Shown: positions 24,627-37,704 of the stretch, piece by piece | Position numbering within the stretch: position 1 is the stretch's first letter | How the letters are laid out: each line of letters opens with the position of its first letter | Assembly: GCA_002269645.1 (NCBI GenBank) | Contig: NIVC01002849.1 | Span: 62,001-126,000, forward strand | Reading direction: 5' to 3' | Length of the DNA: 64,000 nt | Source: Macrostomum lignano | Lineage: Eukaryota | Program-made: the position numbers and the translations under genes | The notes under the pieces: generated by a model | What the model saw: the letters and a program-made list of their open reading frames with translations, nothing else | The model's database searches: none | Told to the model about the DNA's origin: nothing

Positions 24627-25844
24627 TTTTAGAGTCAAACAGACATTGCCTGACATTCTTCGGAGTACCCCAGCCAACAATATCAATGTTTGCCTCAAAC
24701 CCTAATTTTACACGAATGTGCTTCATTTTATGTCTACCTCTATCCTACTAACATTAATTTGTTTGTGTATGGCCTTAGATTTCAGAATACATGCAAAAGT
24801 AGTTCCGGGGATTGGAATTCCCCGGGTTCAAAATCCGCGGGTTTCAACAGCTTGTGTTTATATAATTGTCTTCCAAAACTAATCTAGTATACAAGGTGCT
24901 CCTTTATAAAAAAAGGTTCAAAGTGCTACAGAATATTGTTTTGTGAATGTTTGAAAGCTAAATTCATAGATACTTTAGTTTTAGAACCTAGCATTTTAGG
25001 GCAATTTTTAGATTTGAATAGTTGTCATACAAAATTGATATAATTTATAAAATGCTAATTTATAAAAATTTAAAGGTTGGACAAGATCTCAATCAAGATA
25101 TTGGCATTTTTTTAAATCTTAATCTTAGTCTTGGTTTTAAGATTCCAAAAGGAGTCATATATTTAACAAATAACAATAATTAGCATTGATAGATAGAATA
25201 GTATAAATAGGCCTACTATATGCTAATTAGGCTTAATCTTGAATCTTCAAGATTGAATCTTAATTATCTCACAAATATAGATCGTGAGTCTCAAAAAACT
25301 TGAAAATATATCGTCTGACCCCTAATAAAAGTGCTGAAATCATTTTTTCTATGAATGCTTCAAAAGTTGAAATTTTCAATTCTCGAAACAGTTTGTTAAG
25401 TCATTTTAAGAACTTGTACTCTATATTTATTTAAAACAATTTTTTAGGTGATCATTATCAGAAAATTGCCAAAAATAGCTATAAAAATAAAAATAGATAA
25501 AATATGTGATTATGAACTAGTTTGATTCTTTAGTAATTGAATTTTTAAATGAATGATAGCCATATTGATCAATTAATACTAGATTTATACCTAAATAAAA
25601 ATTCTTTAAATAGGCCTAAATTATAGAATTTATTTAAGGCTAAGTACAAAAGGTAGCTAATTAAAGAAAGCAAGTCAATTTGCCAAAAGTTTATTTGCCA
25701 AAAATTATAATAATTAAAGAACAAATGAATAAAATATACAAATAAAGAGATGAAATAATAAATATTAAATTTAAAACATTATTACCTCATCTATAAACAA
25801 ATAAATAAAGTAAATTGTAGAATTTTAAATGTTAAAGTGTAAAT

Positions 25845-27934
25845 GGTACCTTCCATTTTGGCAACAAGTCAATTTGGCAATGACCATTTTGGCAACAAAT
25901 ATAATAGAAAAATTACAAGTATCTATGGTACAGTGAACTAAACTCCAGCTGACTACCTCCCAGTTTTAGAATTGAATGCCTAAGTTTTAAACTTGCCTTA
26001 CTATATTATCTGATTGATACTTTCACTGTCCCTCTATTTACATCATGTACATCATGTTCTGCCCAAGTGACCATCAGTTCACCTACCCATCTCTCTCGTC
26101 TAAATCCAATCTGATTGGTATAGTATGAGCATATGTAGCAGAGTGGAATAATGGCAAAAATACAAGTGCATGCTACCATTGTGCTACAATTCAAAGCAAG
26201 CCTTGCAGCATACATAGTCGGTTACTTATTGCACATTGGAGATCACAAGAACATGAAGCACATTGTAGCTTGCAAAATGGGGAAAGAATAGGGAGAAAGA
26301 GGTGCTACAAAAGCAATCAGTGAGACCCGCATAGTACAACCACGTGGAGCAGCACAGACCAGCCAAGTGGCAAAGACTGCAGCAGGCTGTTGCAGCGTGA
26401 GCCAAACAGCAGCTTTTCATGTCGGCACCACAAATTGCACGCAAAGAGATACTAGCTGTTTTTGACACCTTTTGGCATGGACCATAGATTCCCAATCCAT
26501 GACTATTAGCCCATACTGCAAATTGCAATCGTGCGGCTGACAGACTGGAAAATTCTGCCCCAATCCATTTCAACTTGCCTGCATCATTCTTTCCTATCAA
26601 CTTTGTTGTTTATGATATCAGAAAGCCTGGTTGACAGCATCTACTGATGGCGACACCAAGTAATGTTGCATTATATTCAGTGCGCAACACACTAGTACTT
26701 GGATGGCATGTTTAATGTTGTACCTGAGCCATTTCATCAGCTATATTGCATGCATTCATTTGTTACTGGTCCTAAAGGTCACCTGAAGCAGGTACCAATG
26801 CTCATGGTCTTGATGTCCAACAGAGGCTACCAGGACTACTGCTTGTCTTTTTTGCTGCATATGATGTGCTCCATGACCAGCTGTCTGAATGCACAGCAGG
26901 ATGGACTTTGAGGCTGCAGTGTGGCAAGCAGTATGCACCAAATTTCCAACTGCAATGCGTCGTGGTTGTGCCTTCCACTACACACAGGCAATTTACTGCT
27001 GGATCATCACCATTGGACTTTCACAAGCTTACATGGATGATGTCAGTGCACAGGTTTTCTGCCGACAGCTCATGGCATTGCCTTTTCTGTCAGGTAACTG
27101 AATTGCAAATGCATTTTACACACTCCAAAGCATGGTCATAGAGGATGAGCTCAACAGGCTCTGCAACTATGTTCAGGGCACATGGATCTGCAACTCTAAC
27201 TGGCTAGTGCATGAACTCTTAGTCATCCAGTTATCAATTAGAACAAACAACAACACTGAGGGATGGCACAATAAGATGCAGCGCTGTGCAATGAAGGCCA
27301 ACATGCAGTTTTACCAGCTGCTAAATCTGCTGCACGAAGAGGCCCTCTTGGTCAAGATTGATGCAGCATTGGTTGGCCAAGGTGCCAACATTTGGGAAAC
27401 AAGGCCAGCAGTGTGTGCGAGGCAGGAGGCCTTCTTCTGCTATGGGCGGAGTATGAAGCCAGCACCAGAACTCTAGAGGCATTGCTGCTTGCATGCAATG
27501 GCATGAATGCCCCCATGGAAGAGTAAACATCATACACAAATTATCCTCTACAAGAATTTTTCTTGCTGTTTCTTAAGAATATTAATTTCTTATTGTAATT
27601 CATTTATTTTACCATACTTTTGGTGTCCAAGGATTCATCAGTGTCTAGGTTTTATATTGTCAACACATTGATTAAGTTTTACAATAACAATTGTTTAAAA
27701 GTTTTAACAAAGCTTGTAAAGTTTAATGTAAAGTTTTATACTATAATTCATTTTAACAACATTTAAACAGATTGTAAATTTCAGTAAGTTCTGAAATTTT
27801 TTGTTGCTATGAGATAAGAATACATTCAAAATCCTATTTAAGAATTGTTGCTGAAATGGTTGTCACCAAATTGACCTATTGCCGAAATAAATAGGTGTCG
27901 CCGAAATGGTTTGTCGCCAAAATATACTGGATTC
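25845..27934 (+). mobile_element. Decayed Mutator-like (MULE) DNA transposon
   Basis: Imperfect inverted termini made of TTTTGGC(A/G)AC sub-repeats (25845-25900 vs 27845-27934), flanked by GTGTAAAT / GTGTAAAC (7/8 TSD-like), with internal transposase remnants. Confidence 0.75.
26699..27476 (+). pseudogene. Frameshifted MULE transposase remnant
   Basis: Consecutive fragments in different frames carry MULE motifs: DGMFNVVPEPFHQLY..VPMLMVLM (DGTF region), DFEAAVWQAV..FP..GCAFHYTQAI, YVQGTW..RTNNNTEGWHNK. Confidence 0.8.
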
Positions 27935-29737
27935 GTGTAAACCACCTATGTTTTATAAATAAAGAGATAAAATATATACATTTGTCATTGTCGCTTACAA
28001 AGTGGTAGCCTACTTATTCTAGTATTTTTAATTAAGTAGCTAAAAAATTAAGCCTAATTAATCATCTATTAAAACCAAAAAAATTAATAAACTAATATAG
28101 GCTATATAATTATGAATAAATCAAATGCTAAAGCCTGAGCTGCCTGAGTCTACAAAAATATAAATCAGTAGGCCTTAAGCTAGCCTATAAAATTCCTTTA
28201 CAGAAAGTTGTTATGTTAAAAGGAATTTGAATATCCTTAAGTTTGAACTGGTGTAAATGATTCTTCTTTGGTTTATAATTATTCTTCTTTCTGGACTACA
28301 TTCTTCTTAATTAGTTCTATAGACCTAGGCTGTAGGCTTAGTGGCTAGCCCATAATACTCTTTTTACTAAGGCTTATCAACAATAATACCATGAGTTAAA
28401 AATTGCAAAAAGTTGACGCAAAGGTGTTATCGCATGCAGAAAAAATTAACTATATAAAAAGTTGGAAACGAATCTCCAAATTAAGAAGGGTTCAGATTTT
28501 ACTTTGGTTCTAAAGTAAACTCCTGTTATCGGCACGGCATCACGTCTAATTATTTTTACATTTTCCGAGAATCTTGCGTCCATATTAATTTTTTAAAGTT
28601 TTTCAGACAAAGGAATAACACATCTTATGCATTACCAAAAATTTTTCTGCCTTATAAACTGTTTACTTCTGCATAAATTCAGTATTTTATAGCTTTAAAA
28701 AATTTTTAGCTTTTCATATTAGTAAACAAAGATAACATTTCAGATTTTGTGCAGAAAGGCACTAATTTAACGTTTCTTTTCTTCCCGTTTTATTTGTAGT
28801 ATATTGCCTCGTTGTATTTGACTGATTGGCTTAAAAAGATTATTTACATCTAAACTTTCTCTACATAAATCAGCTTCTGACACTTAAAGGAATAACGTTT
28901 TTAATGTGGTGTATTCGATTTTTCGAAAAAAGCTAGCTTTTGTTGTAAAAACCGTTAAAAACAAACAAAACATGTTGGCCATAGTATATTTACTGGGCTT
29001 TATTGAAAATGAATTGCCATTGCTCTATAAGTAGTATTAGGAGCTAAAAGATAATTAGAATTGCTTAGTGTTGCTAATATTATAGTAAAAGATTAAGCAA
29101 TCAGTAATTTAATGTTGAGTGAAATATGAAATTAAAAATAAGATAATGGAAAAAATATAGAAAATTACCATTAACAAACAGAATTTTAAGAACATTGATC
29201 AAAATATTATAATTAAATTTCTTTGTTATATAATTTTTATCTTTATTACAGCATAATGTATTCATATTTATATTTATTTATACCTCATTAAAACCCTAGT
29301 ATGTTATAAACAGCAACATTTATATACTATGTCAAACTGTTAAAATGTTTATTTATCAATTTTGACTACTATTTAAGAAATAGTTCAATCCTAAACTTCA
29401 TAGCATTAATTTTAGTAGCATTTTTTAAAACTATAGTCTTTAAAAAAATTGAAATAAAATTTAATATAGGATTTTATTTTTTTAATAATAATATAGCATA
29501 TTTTTATCAGTTATATTTTTAAATATTTTTGTACTATTATCAAAAATATACTCTCTTGACTATTGTATTTGTTAATCAATGTTAATACAAAATGGTTGAA
29601 AAATTTAGAATATATACACAATAGATATTTATAGCATTTTCTAATATAATATTGTTATTAACTTTTTATATTTCTATTTCAGCTTTAAAACTCTTATACT
29701 AGTTTTAAAAAACCTTTTTATGCATGAGATTCTAAAA

Positions 29738-30535
29738 ATGAGTCCATTACTGCAGGCTGCTATCACATGCTTCATATTGTCCTCAGTCCTAAGCCCATGC
29801 TTAGCCATCAAGTGCTACCTATGCAACTCCACAATCCAGTCTGACTGTCTAGAAGAGTTCAACTACAACAGCAGATCAATTGTACCCATGGATTGTGATG
29901 TTGCAGATGGCAAGTTCTGCATAAAGACAACAGGAGTTTGGGGTGGTAAGTGTTTCACTACAGTTGAACTTTGATTGTTTGCGCTACTGTTAGTAGGTAG
30001 TGTGATGCCTACTATTAGTAGCTAGTGTGGTGTGGTGACTACTGTTAGTAGCTAGTGTGGTGGCTACTGTTAGTAGCTAGTGTGGTGGCTACTGTTGGTA
30101 GCTAATGTGGTGTGGTGGCTACTGATAGTAGCTAGTGTGGTGGCTACTGTTAGTAGCTAGTGTGGTGGCTACTGTTAGTAGCTAGTGTGGTGGCTACTGT
30201 TAGTAGCTAGTGTGGTGGCTACTGTTAGTAGCTAGTGTGGTGGCTACTGTAAGTAGCTAGTGTGGATCGAGAAGAATAGCATGGATATTTTGGGTCTCAT
30301 TCCAGCCGTGGTGGGGACCACCAGATTCTGCTCCAGCATGGACATGGGCAACCAATGCCAGTACCTGCCGTTCCCCGACCACGACCGCATCTACCGGGCC
30401 TGCGTGTACACCTGCAGCTCCGACGCCTGCAATGCCGGGTCTCCGTCTGGTGGCGGCGGTGGCTTCACGACGCTGCAGCTGCTGACGTCCTTGACGCTGT
30501 GGCTGCTCGCTGGCAGCCGCCTGCGACTTCTCTGA
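29738..30535 (+). CDS. bou: Ly6/uPAR three-finger GPI-anchored protein, boudin-like, copy 1 (145 aa)
   Basis: Exons 29738-29945 and 30306-30535 (G|GTAAGT..TTCCAG|CC). Has a signal peptide, IKCYLC, FCIKTTG..RFCSSMDMGNQCQY..YRACVYTCSSDACN (cf. Drosophila boudin RFCSSKDMGNYCDY..YRSCIYTCSTDGCN) and a hydrophobic C-terminal GPI-type tail. Confidence 0.87.
29980..30265. repeat. 25-bp intronic minisatellite (GCTACTGTTAGTAGCTAGTGTGGTG)n
   Basis: Visible periodicity. The same unit occurs in the paralogous intron at 36601-36800. Confidence 0.9.
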
Positions 30536-31237
30536 GTGATTTTTGATACTTGCGCTTATGATTTATTGCTGCTATCAGTGAATCATGGAGTTTTATGTCA
30601 GACTGTAAATCTCCCGTCGTGATCTGTGCGAACAGGTTTATGCTTTAAGAATAGGCCGTTAAGTCTGCAACTTCGGGATGTTCCGCACGTTTTTCCTAAA
30701 TCCTAAATACTTTAACAAAGTGGCACATTCCATTTAGCATCCGCCATGTTCGCGGGTTCTACAATTAGGGAGCTGTGATGATTCAATGCTTAGCTTTTGC
30801 ATACCCCTGTCTGTGTACATATTGATAGGCTGTGTGTATTAAACTTTAATATTGGATGTAATAAGGTTAAATTGCATTGTGCTTTACAATATTATTTGTA
30901 CGGCTATTCCGGGCTTTAAAATTCAAGTTTTTTGTATCTTCAAAAGGTTTAAAATTTTGCCTATTGTGCTAATGTTAAACTAATACATTTATTCATTTCT
31001 ACGTCCTATACATTATAATATACTTTACTGACAGCCTCAGATACCAATAAAACTAGTGTTGCATGGCACCAAAGCTGAGACATTTTGCTTCATTGTTTGT
31101 TTACTCAGAATTAGCATACTACATTTATCTGGGATCTTCTCGTGTCTCATTTGTTGTTTCGAAACTATTCGTGACAATTTTTTCTTAATCATCACGGAAT
31201 ATTAATGCTGTATGGTCTAGCTTTACTGCTTCCCCCG

Positions 31238-31845
31238 ATACTTCACCGTCTCACCTGACACTTCATTGCCTTTTCTGACACTTCACTGCCTTCCTTGACA
31301 CTTCACCGTCTCTCCTGACACTTCACCGCCTCTCCTGACATAACCGTCTCTTCTGACACTTCACCGTCTCTCCTGACACTTCACCGCCTCTCATGATGCT
31401 TCACTGCCTCCCCTGATAATTCACTATCTCTTCTGACACTTCACCGCCTCTCCTGACACTTCACCGTCTCTCCTGACACTTCACCGTCTCTCCTGACACT
31501 TCACCGCCTCTCATGATACTTCACTGCCTCCCCTGATACTTCACTGTCTCTCCTGACACTTCACTGCCTCTCCTGACACTTCACCGTCTCTCCTGACACT
31601 TCACCGCCTCTCCTGACACTTCACCGCCTCTCCTGACACTTCACCGCCTCTCCTGACACTTAACCGTCTCTTCTGACACTTCACCGTCTCTCCTGACACT
31701 TCACTCTCTCCTGACACTTCACTGCCTCCCCTGATACTTCACTGTCTCTTCTGACAATTCTTCGCCTCTCCTGACACTTCACCGTCTCTTCTGACACTTC
31801 ATTGCCTCTTCTGACATTTCACCTCCTCTCCTAACACTTTGCTGC
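31238..31845. repeat. 20-bp minisatellite (TCACCGYCTCTCCTGACACT)n, about 30 copies
   Basis: Visible 20-nt periodicity. Confidence 0.93.
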
Positions 31846-32312
31846 TACTCTTGAGACAGGCATTCCAGTACTGAAATCAAATTGAATAAAATTATTGTTT
31901 AATAATTTAATCGCAAATCAGGCTAGTGCGATATAAAACTACATGTTAGCAAGAATCCACAAGGTGAAAATCTATTCTTCAATCCTGCTATCGAAGTACA
32001 TCTATTAAATAACGGAGATACATAGTTTTTTAGATTATAATTTTTAGAGTATATGGATTTCTATCATCAAAGATTTTACACAGTAAATCTTAACATATTT
32101 TGTGCATCTCGCACAAGCAAATTTATGTTGTTAAGCTTTTTAGTCTTTGGCAAAAGTAAGCCTGACAGCGCGAGGCCCGGACTTCAATCAATATAATACG
32201 AGCCCAACTTGAAGCAAGACGCGAACAGTTTCTGTTTGCAGTTTTCACTTCCCGTGCATTAGAACTATCGATATCGGCTACAATTTTTTATTAGATAAAG
32301 GCAGCTAAAACA

Positions 32313-34587
32313 ATGGCCGGAGATCCAAATTCCATCGCGCAGCGGCTGATGAAGCTGGAGCTGCAGCAGCCGCAGGCTGTCATCAAGCAGGAAATAACAG
32401 CGGAGGACGTCACTGCGCAGGCGGCGCTCCCTGCGGGAGAAGGCGTCGGCAGTGAGAAAGAGATCAAAGACACAACAGGTGACGCTGAAGCTGGCAACGA
32501 GGATGAAGACGCGGCAGCGGGCGGCAGCAGCGACTTGGACGAGGACAGCGACGACGTAGAAGAAGGCGCCGAACAGGGCGAACCGGACGATCTGGACGAG
32601 CTGGCTGGCCTGCTGACCAGCGAGAGTCGCCGGGACCGCCTCCTGGGCGCGCGGAGTCTCCGCAGCCGCATCTCCGACAGGCACGAGGCGCCAGGCTACT
32701 CGCGACTGCTGACGTCGCCGGCTCTGGCCGCTCTGGTGGCGAACCTGGGTACCAGCGCCGACCAGGAGTTGCAGTTCGAGTCCGCTTGGGCGCTCACCAA
32801 CCTGCTGGCTGGCAGCGGAGCGAGGCCCGCCGACCTGGTGACGAGCAGCGGCTTGGGTAGCCGGCTGATTCGGATGCTCCAGTGTGCACCCACTGAGAGA
32901 CTTCGCGAGCAGGTGAATATCAGAATATCAGAATCTATTTGAACCTAGATGTAGACCTCGATATTATATACCGTTCTGGACAAAACTGCAATGCATTTCA
33001 TTAAATAACACATAATCATGTAAGTCAAGAAAAAACCAGTTCAATAAAGCTGAAGTTTCTGACTACAAATCAATTAGATCCCGAATGAAATGACCAAAAC
33101 TTAAAGACTAAACGTCTTACTTGTTTCTACGAGCAATATGTAAAATTTGAGTCAATATTCAGACGGGTATGCAGATCTGCATGATTTAAAAATGCACCGC
33201 ACCCTATTCAACCATGCACCAGGCCTGCTGGGCCCTTGCCAACGTGGCCGGCGAGTCCCCAGCCTGGCGCGATCAGCTGATCCTTGCCGACGATGGCAGC
33301 GGCAGCGGCGGTGGCCTCCTGCCAGCCCTCATTAGTCTGTGGGAATCCGACCCCGGCAATGGGCTGCTGGACGCCTCATCGTTGCTGTTGGTGAATCTAT
33401 TTCGCGACCGGCGACCTCGACTTAAGTTTGAGTACGCCCAGCTGCTGATGCCGCATGTCACGCGCCTACTGAGCCATCCGTACGATTCTGTGGTGCCCAA
33501 CCTGCTGTGGGCGCTGTCCTACGCCGTGGAGGGCAGCGAGCCTCGAGCCCGCCTTCTGCTGCGCGAGACCGACGCCGTCGATTGCGTACTCGGCTTTCTG
33601 GAAAGCAGCGACGACTCTCTTCTTATGCCGACGCTGCGGCTTCTGTGTTGCGCAGCCGCCTGCTTGCAGGTTCTGCCCGCCAAGCTGCTGACCGTGTTCC
33701 CGGCTGTCCGACGCCTGCTCGGCCACCGGGACGCCAAGCTGCGTCGCCAGGCTCTGCTGCTGCTTGGCTGCACTGCCTGCGGGCCGGACGCGCAGCTGGA
33801 GGCCGCTGCCCAGGCCGGCTGCTTGACTGCTTTAAACGAAATCCTGGCTGGCCGGAGACCGCAGACCGATGACCCTGAAGATGCTGCCGAGGCTTCCGGC
33901 GGCGGCGGCAGCGGAGCTGGCATCAGTGACCTAGAGAGACGAGAAGCCTTCTGGATCATTCCGGACTTCATGCTGTCCAGAGCGCACAAGTTTGTAAGTT
34001 GATATTGATAATATTCAGTTGTGATAGTGCCTTTGTATCTTTGTATTTTTATCGGCTGTTGATCTGTCGCTTCTGAAAAAGGTGCCGTACGAACGCCGAT
34101 CTTTTCAATCCCATATAAAAATTCTCCTCAGAGCAAGCGGATCACGGAAGAATGTTTGGAGGGACTTCTGGCCTCTCTAAGCTTGCCTGAATTGGAAGCG
34201 ACACGTTGTGCTCTTCTCTGCCTGCGCCATCTATTGTTCGCAGCAAAATATAAGAACCGGCCGGATCTTAACTTTGAACTTTTGAAAACTAGCATCGAAA
34301 AGTTGGATGGCCTAAAAAAGATTGAGGCAATGCAGAAGATTGAAGATAAAGAAGTGATAAAGCTAAGCGATCAAATCCTTAATCAGTACTTTTGGGGCAA
34401 CGAGAAAAAGTACCTAGAAGAGAGCAGCCAATCACAAGAAACGAGTCCTTCTCCTGTTGCGGCTGCGGACATTGAAGTTGGCGATGACCTACTTGACGAC
34501 GGAGACGACGGAGAAGTTGTTTGCGGTCCAGACAAGGATGGAGCTCTAAGCTCCCTTATTGGTGGACTACAGGCCAACAGGGACTAA
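32313..34587 (+). CDS. Divergent importin-alpha (karyopherin-alpha)-like ARM-repeat protein, about 608 aa, 3 exons
   Basis: Exons 32313-32912, 33223-33993 and 34132-34587, all phase 0 with GT..AG. Motifs: LQFESAWALTN, LREQACWALANVAGESP..RD, LLWALSY, REAFW, and the C-terminal LKKIEAMQ..EVIKLSDQILNQYF typical of importin-alpha. Confidence 0.85.
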
Positions 34588-36070
34588 TTAAGTGCCGCGT
34601 CTGAAGGTAGCATTAAAACTGGTAAAGCTGGCAAAGTTTAAATAAGGTCTATAAAACGGATGTAGTGCTCTAAAGCGTAACTTTCGTGTCTCATTAGTTT
34701 TTCAGTACACTACTCGTTTGAATACTTCGAGCCTCAGGAATGGGCCCAGATGCATGCATGTGCCTGTACATGTGCATGTATGCATGGTTGAATTGTCAGG
34801 TGTTTAAAAACACAGTGAAAGTATTTTACAAAGTGTGATTATTACTTTCATTTTGCAGCGTACCAGTAAACCGGTCAATAAATTCATGATCCATCACCTA
34901 GACTGACGAAATATCTCTCCATAAAACTGTATCAACGTACGCAAGAAACGTTAATGAATATACTAAACCACATCGTGTACCATTTCACGACGATGCTAAT
35001 ATATTGTTACTTGCTGAATCACATTAGCAAGCATATCCTTGCTAATAAATTTTTATTTTCGATTTTTGCCAAACCCCAAGCCTTGGCCACGCCTCTCGTC
35101 GCCAGTCAAAGTCATCAGTAAAAATGGTAAAGTAAATAAAATTATTTTCCGGTGTCAACGATATCTACGGACTCTGCTTTCCATGGCGCCAATTTAGTTT
35201 TTTACGCATGAAAAATTTGTAACGATCATAGGTAAATGCTTCCTTCCTGCTTGCTCAATAGAACTGAATAAAAATAAAATACAGGCTTTTATTGTTTGTT
35301 TCGCTTGAATTCCATACCTAGTCAACAATATTTATGCTATGATAGATAGATATAGTCCAAAACGGCAAAAGCTTCAATTGTGTACAAATTTACATTCACT
35401 CAGTGTTCTTTTCACAACCCAAGAAATGATATACTTTCCTTGTAATTAATAACATTATAACTAAAATATAAACCTTCAGGCGATATTTTTTTCAACAATG
35501 AAAATGCTGCAGTGCTCTCTGTGATTTATTTAATGCTCCTTTAATATTTTGTCACACAGAGTAATATAATAATTAATACTGCAACTCAAGTCAAGTTGAC
35601 ACACATTGCAGAAATTTAACTAACAAAGACAATGGTTGAAATCTATTACCATTTTTTAGTATGGGTTATTATTTATAAGATTTAAATAATTTCGTGACTT
35701 AATTTAAAATCAAATTATGATTTTTATTCTAAGCTAAGCCTAAGCCTATAGCTTACTATGTAGAAGCATAGAAAATAATTTACTATGAATTAAAAATTAG
35801 TATTTATGAATAGGAAGTTTATTTCCATTTCCAATATGAATGTATAAATGATCTAATTTCTGATATTTTGTATTGTTGCATGCTTTATAGAGCATGCATA
35901 TTACATGCATAAGTACTTAACATATTATTGATAATATTATAGATAATAATATCAATCAATTTCATTAGTCCTATGTATTCTTTTTTTGTAATAATTGTAC
36001 CAACTCTATAGATCAATAAGGTGAAATTATATTAGCTGCTAATCTTTTATATGAGACTATTTGAAGCAAT

Positions 36071-36251
36071 CAGTGGTGCAACCAGGGGGCTCCTTAGGCC
36101 ACCCTTAGGGAGAGACAGAGACAGAAAAAATAAAACGAGGGACCAGGTAATTTTCGCCAAGGTACAGAGCTGCAACCCCTCCACCCCCTCATTGGGTCCT
36201 TACCCTCCAGTATCCGCCCTCCCCCTCAACAAATTTCTGGTTGCGCTACTG
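36071..36251. mobile_element. 181-bp hAT-type MITE
   Basis: 15-bp TIRs CAGTGGTGCAACCAG / CTGGTTGCGCTACTG (13/15), flanked by GAAGCAAT / GAAGCAAG (7/8, 8-bp TSD-like). Lies 105 bp upstream of boudin copy 2. Confidence 0.65.
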
Positions 36252-36355
36252 GAAGCAAGCAATGTTTTCCAAAAATTTTTCTATGCATTTATTCTTTCAA
36301 AATCTAGCTAGAGATGAAGTATAAAAATTTCCTGAACCAATTTCAGAGTGTCAAA

Positions 36356-37070
36356 ATGAGTCCATTACTGCAGGCTGCTATCACATGCTTCATATTGTCC
36401 TCAGTCCTAAGCCCATGCTTAGCCATCAAGTGCTACCTGTGCAACTCCACAATCCAGTCTGACTGTCTTGAAGAGTTCAACTACAACAGCAGATCAATTG
36501 TACCCATGGATTGTGATGTTGCAGATGGCAAGTTCTGCATAAAGACAACAGGAGTTTGGGGTGGTAAGCGTTTCAGTGCAGTTGAACTTTGATTGTTTGC
36601 GCTACTGTTAGTAGCTAGTGTGGTGGCTACTGTTAGTAGCTAGTGTGGTGGCTACTGTTAGTAGCTAGTGTGGTGGCTACTGTTAGTAGCTAGTGTGGTG
36701 GCTACTGTTAGTAGCTAGTGTGTTGTGTCTACTGTTACTATCTAGTGTGGTGGCTACTGTTAGTAGCTAGTGTGGTGGTTACTGTTAGTAGCTAGTGTGG
36801 ATCGAGAAGAATAGCATGGATATTTTGGGTCTCATTCCAGCCGTGGTGGGGACCACCAGATTCTGCTCCAGCATGGACATGGGCAACCAATGCCAGTACC
36901 TGCCGTTCCCCGACCACGACCGCATCTACCGGGCCTGCGTGTACACCTGCAGCTCCGACGCCTGCAATGCCGGGTCTCCGTCCGGTGGCGGCGGTGGCTT
37001 CACGACGCTGCAGCTGCTGACGTCCTTGACGCTGTGGCTGCTCGCTGGCAGCCGCCTGCGACTTCTCTGA
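36356..37070 (+). CDS. bou: Ly6/uPAR three-finger protein, boudin-like, copy 2 (protein identical to copy 1)
   Basis: Exons 36356-36563 and 36841-37070. Only 3 synonymous differences from copy 1. Confidence 0.87.
36601..36800. repeat. 25-bp intronic minisatellite, 8 copies
   Basis: GCTACTGTTA recurs at 36601, 36626, 36651 and onward. Confidence 0.9.
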
Positions 37071-37704
37071 CTGCACCCAGTGTCTTTAATACGAATAATT
37101 GTGCTATAGAGTGCGAGATTGTTTTATCGCACATTTCTCCCGTACTTTTGTTTTCTTTACGTCCAACATTCCTGTGCCACCGCATATGCAGTAAATTTTG
37201 TACATTTCCTAAACTATAATGGCCAATTGCAATCCTGATAAACTTATTTGTTTTAACTGTGTCAATCACTTTTAATATGACATACCTGTGTTTTGATTTA
37301 GTATTGGAATATATTAATGTTATTGTGTCAACTAATTCGGCGTCAATAGTGAGTGTTTTTTTATCAGACATTTTTCGCATTCAGTGTGCTTTTATCTATA
37401 AAGCTTTATAGTTTGAAGCATGATAGAAGAGTAAGTGAAACTGGACTCATAGCATAAAATAACGCCAATACTATGAAAATGTCATTAATTTTCAATTATC
37501 CTCCCTCAGGATATGAGGAATCGAAGGTAACAATAGCGAAGGTCTGGATGTTTTTAAAAAGAAAAACGAATAGCGGGCAGAGCTACTCAGCCGCGGTAGA
37601 CGTGTCTGTCTGACTCTCGCGCCCTGACCCGCGGTTGGATTCTGTGCGTCGCAATAATTTTTGCAGGAAAATTGGCCGGAGGTTTGTTGTGCAATTCACG
37701 CATA

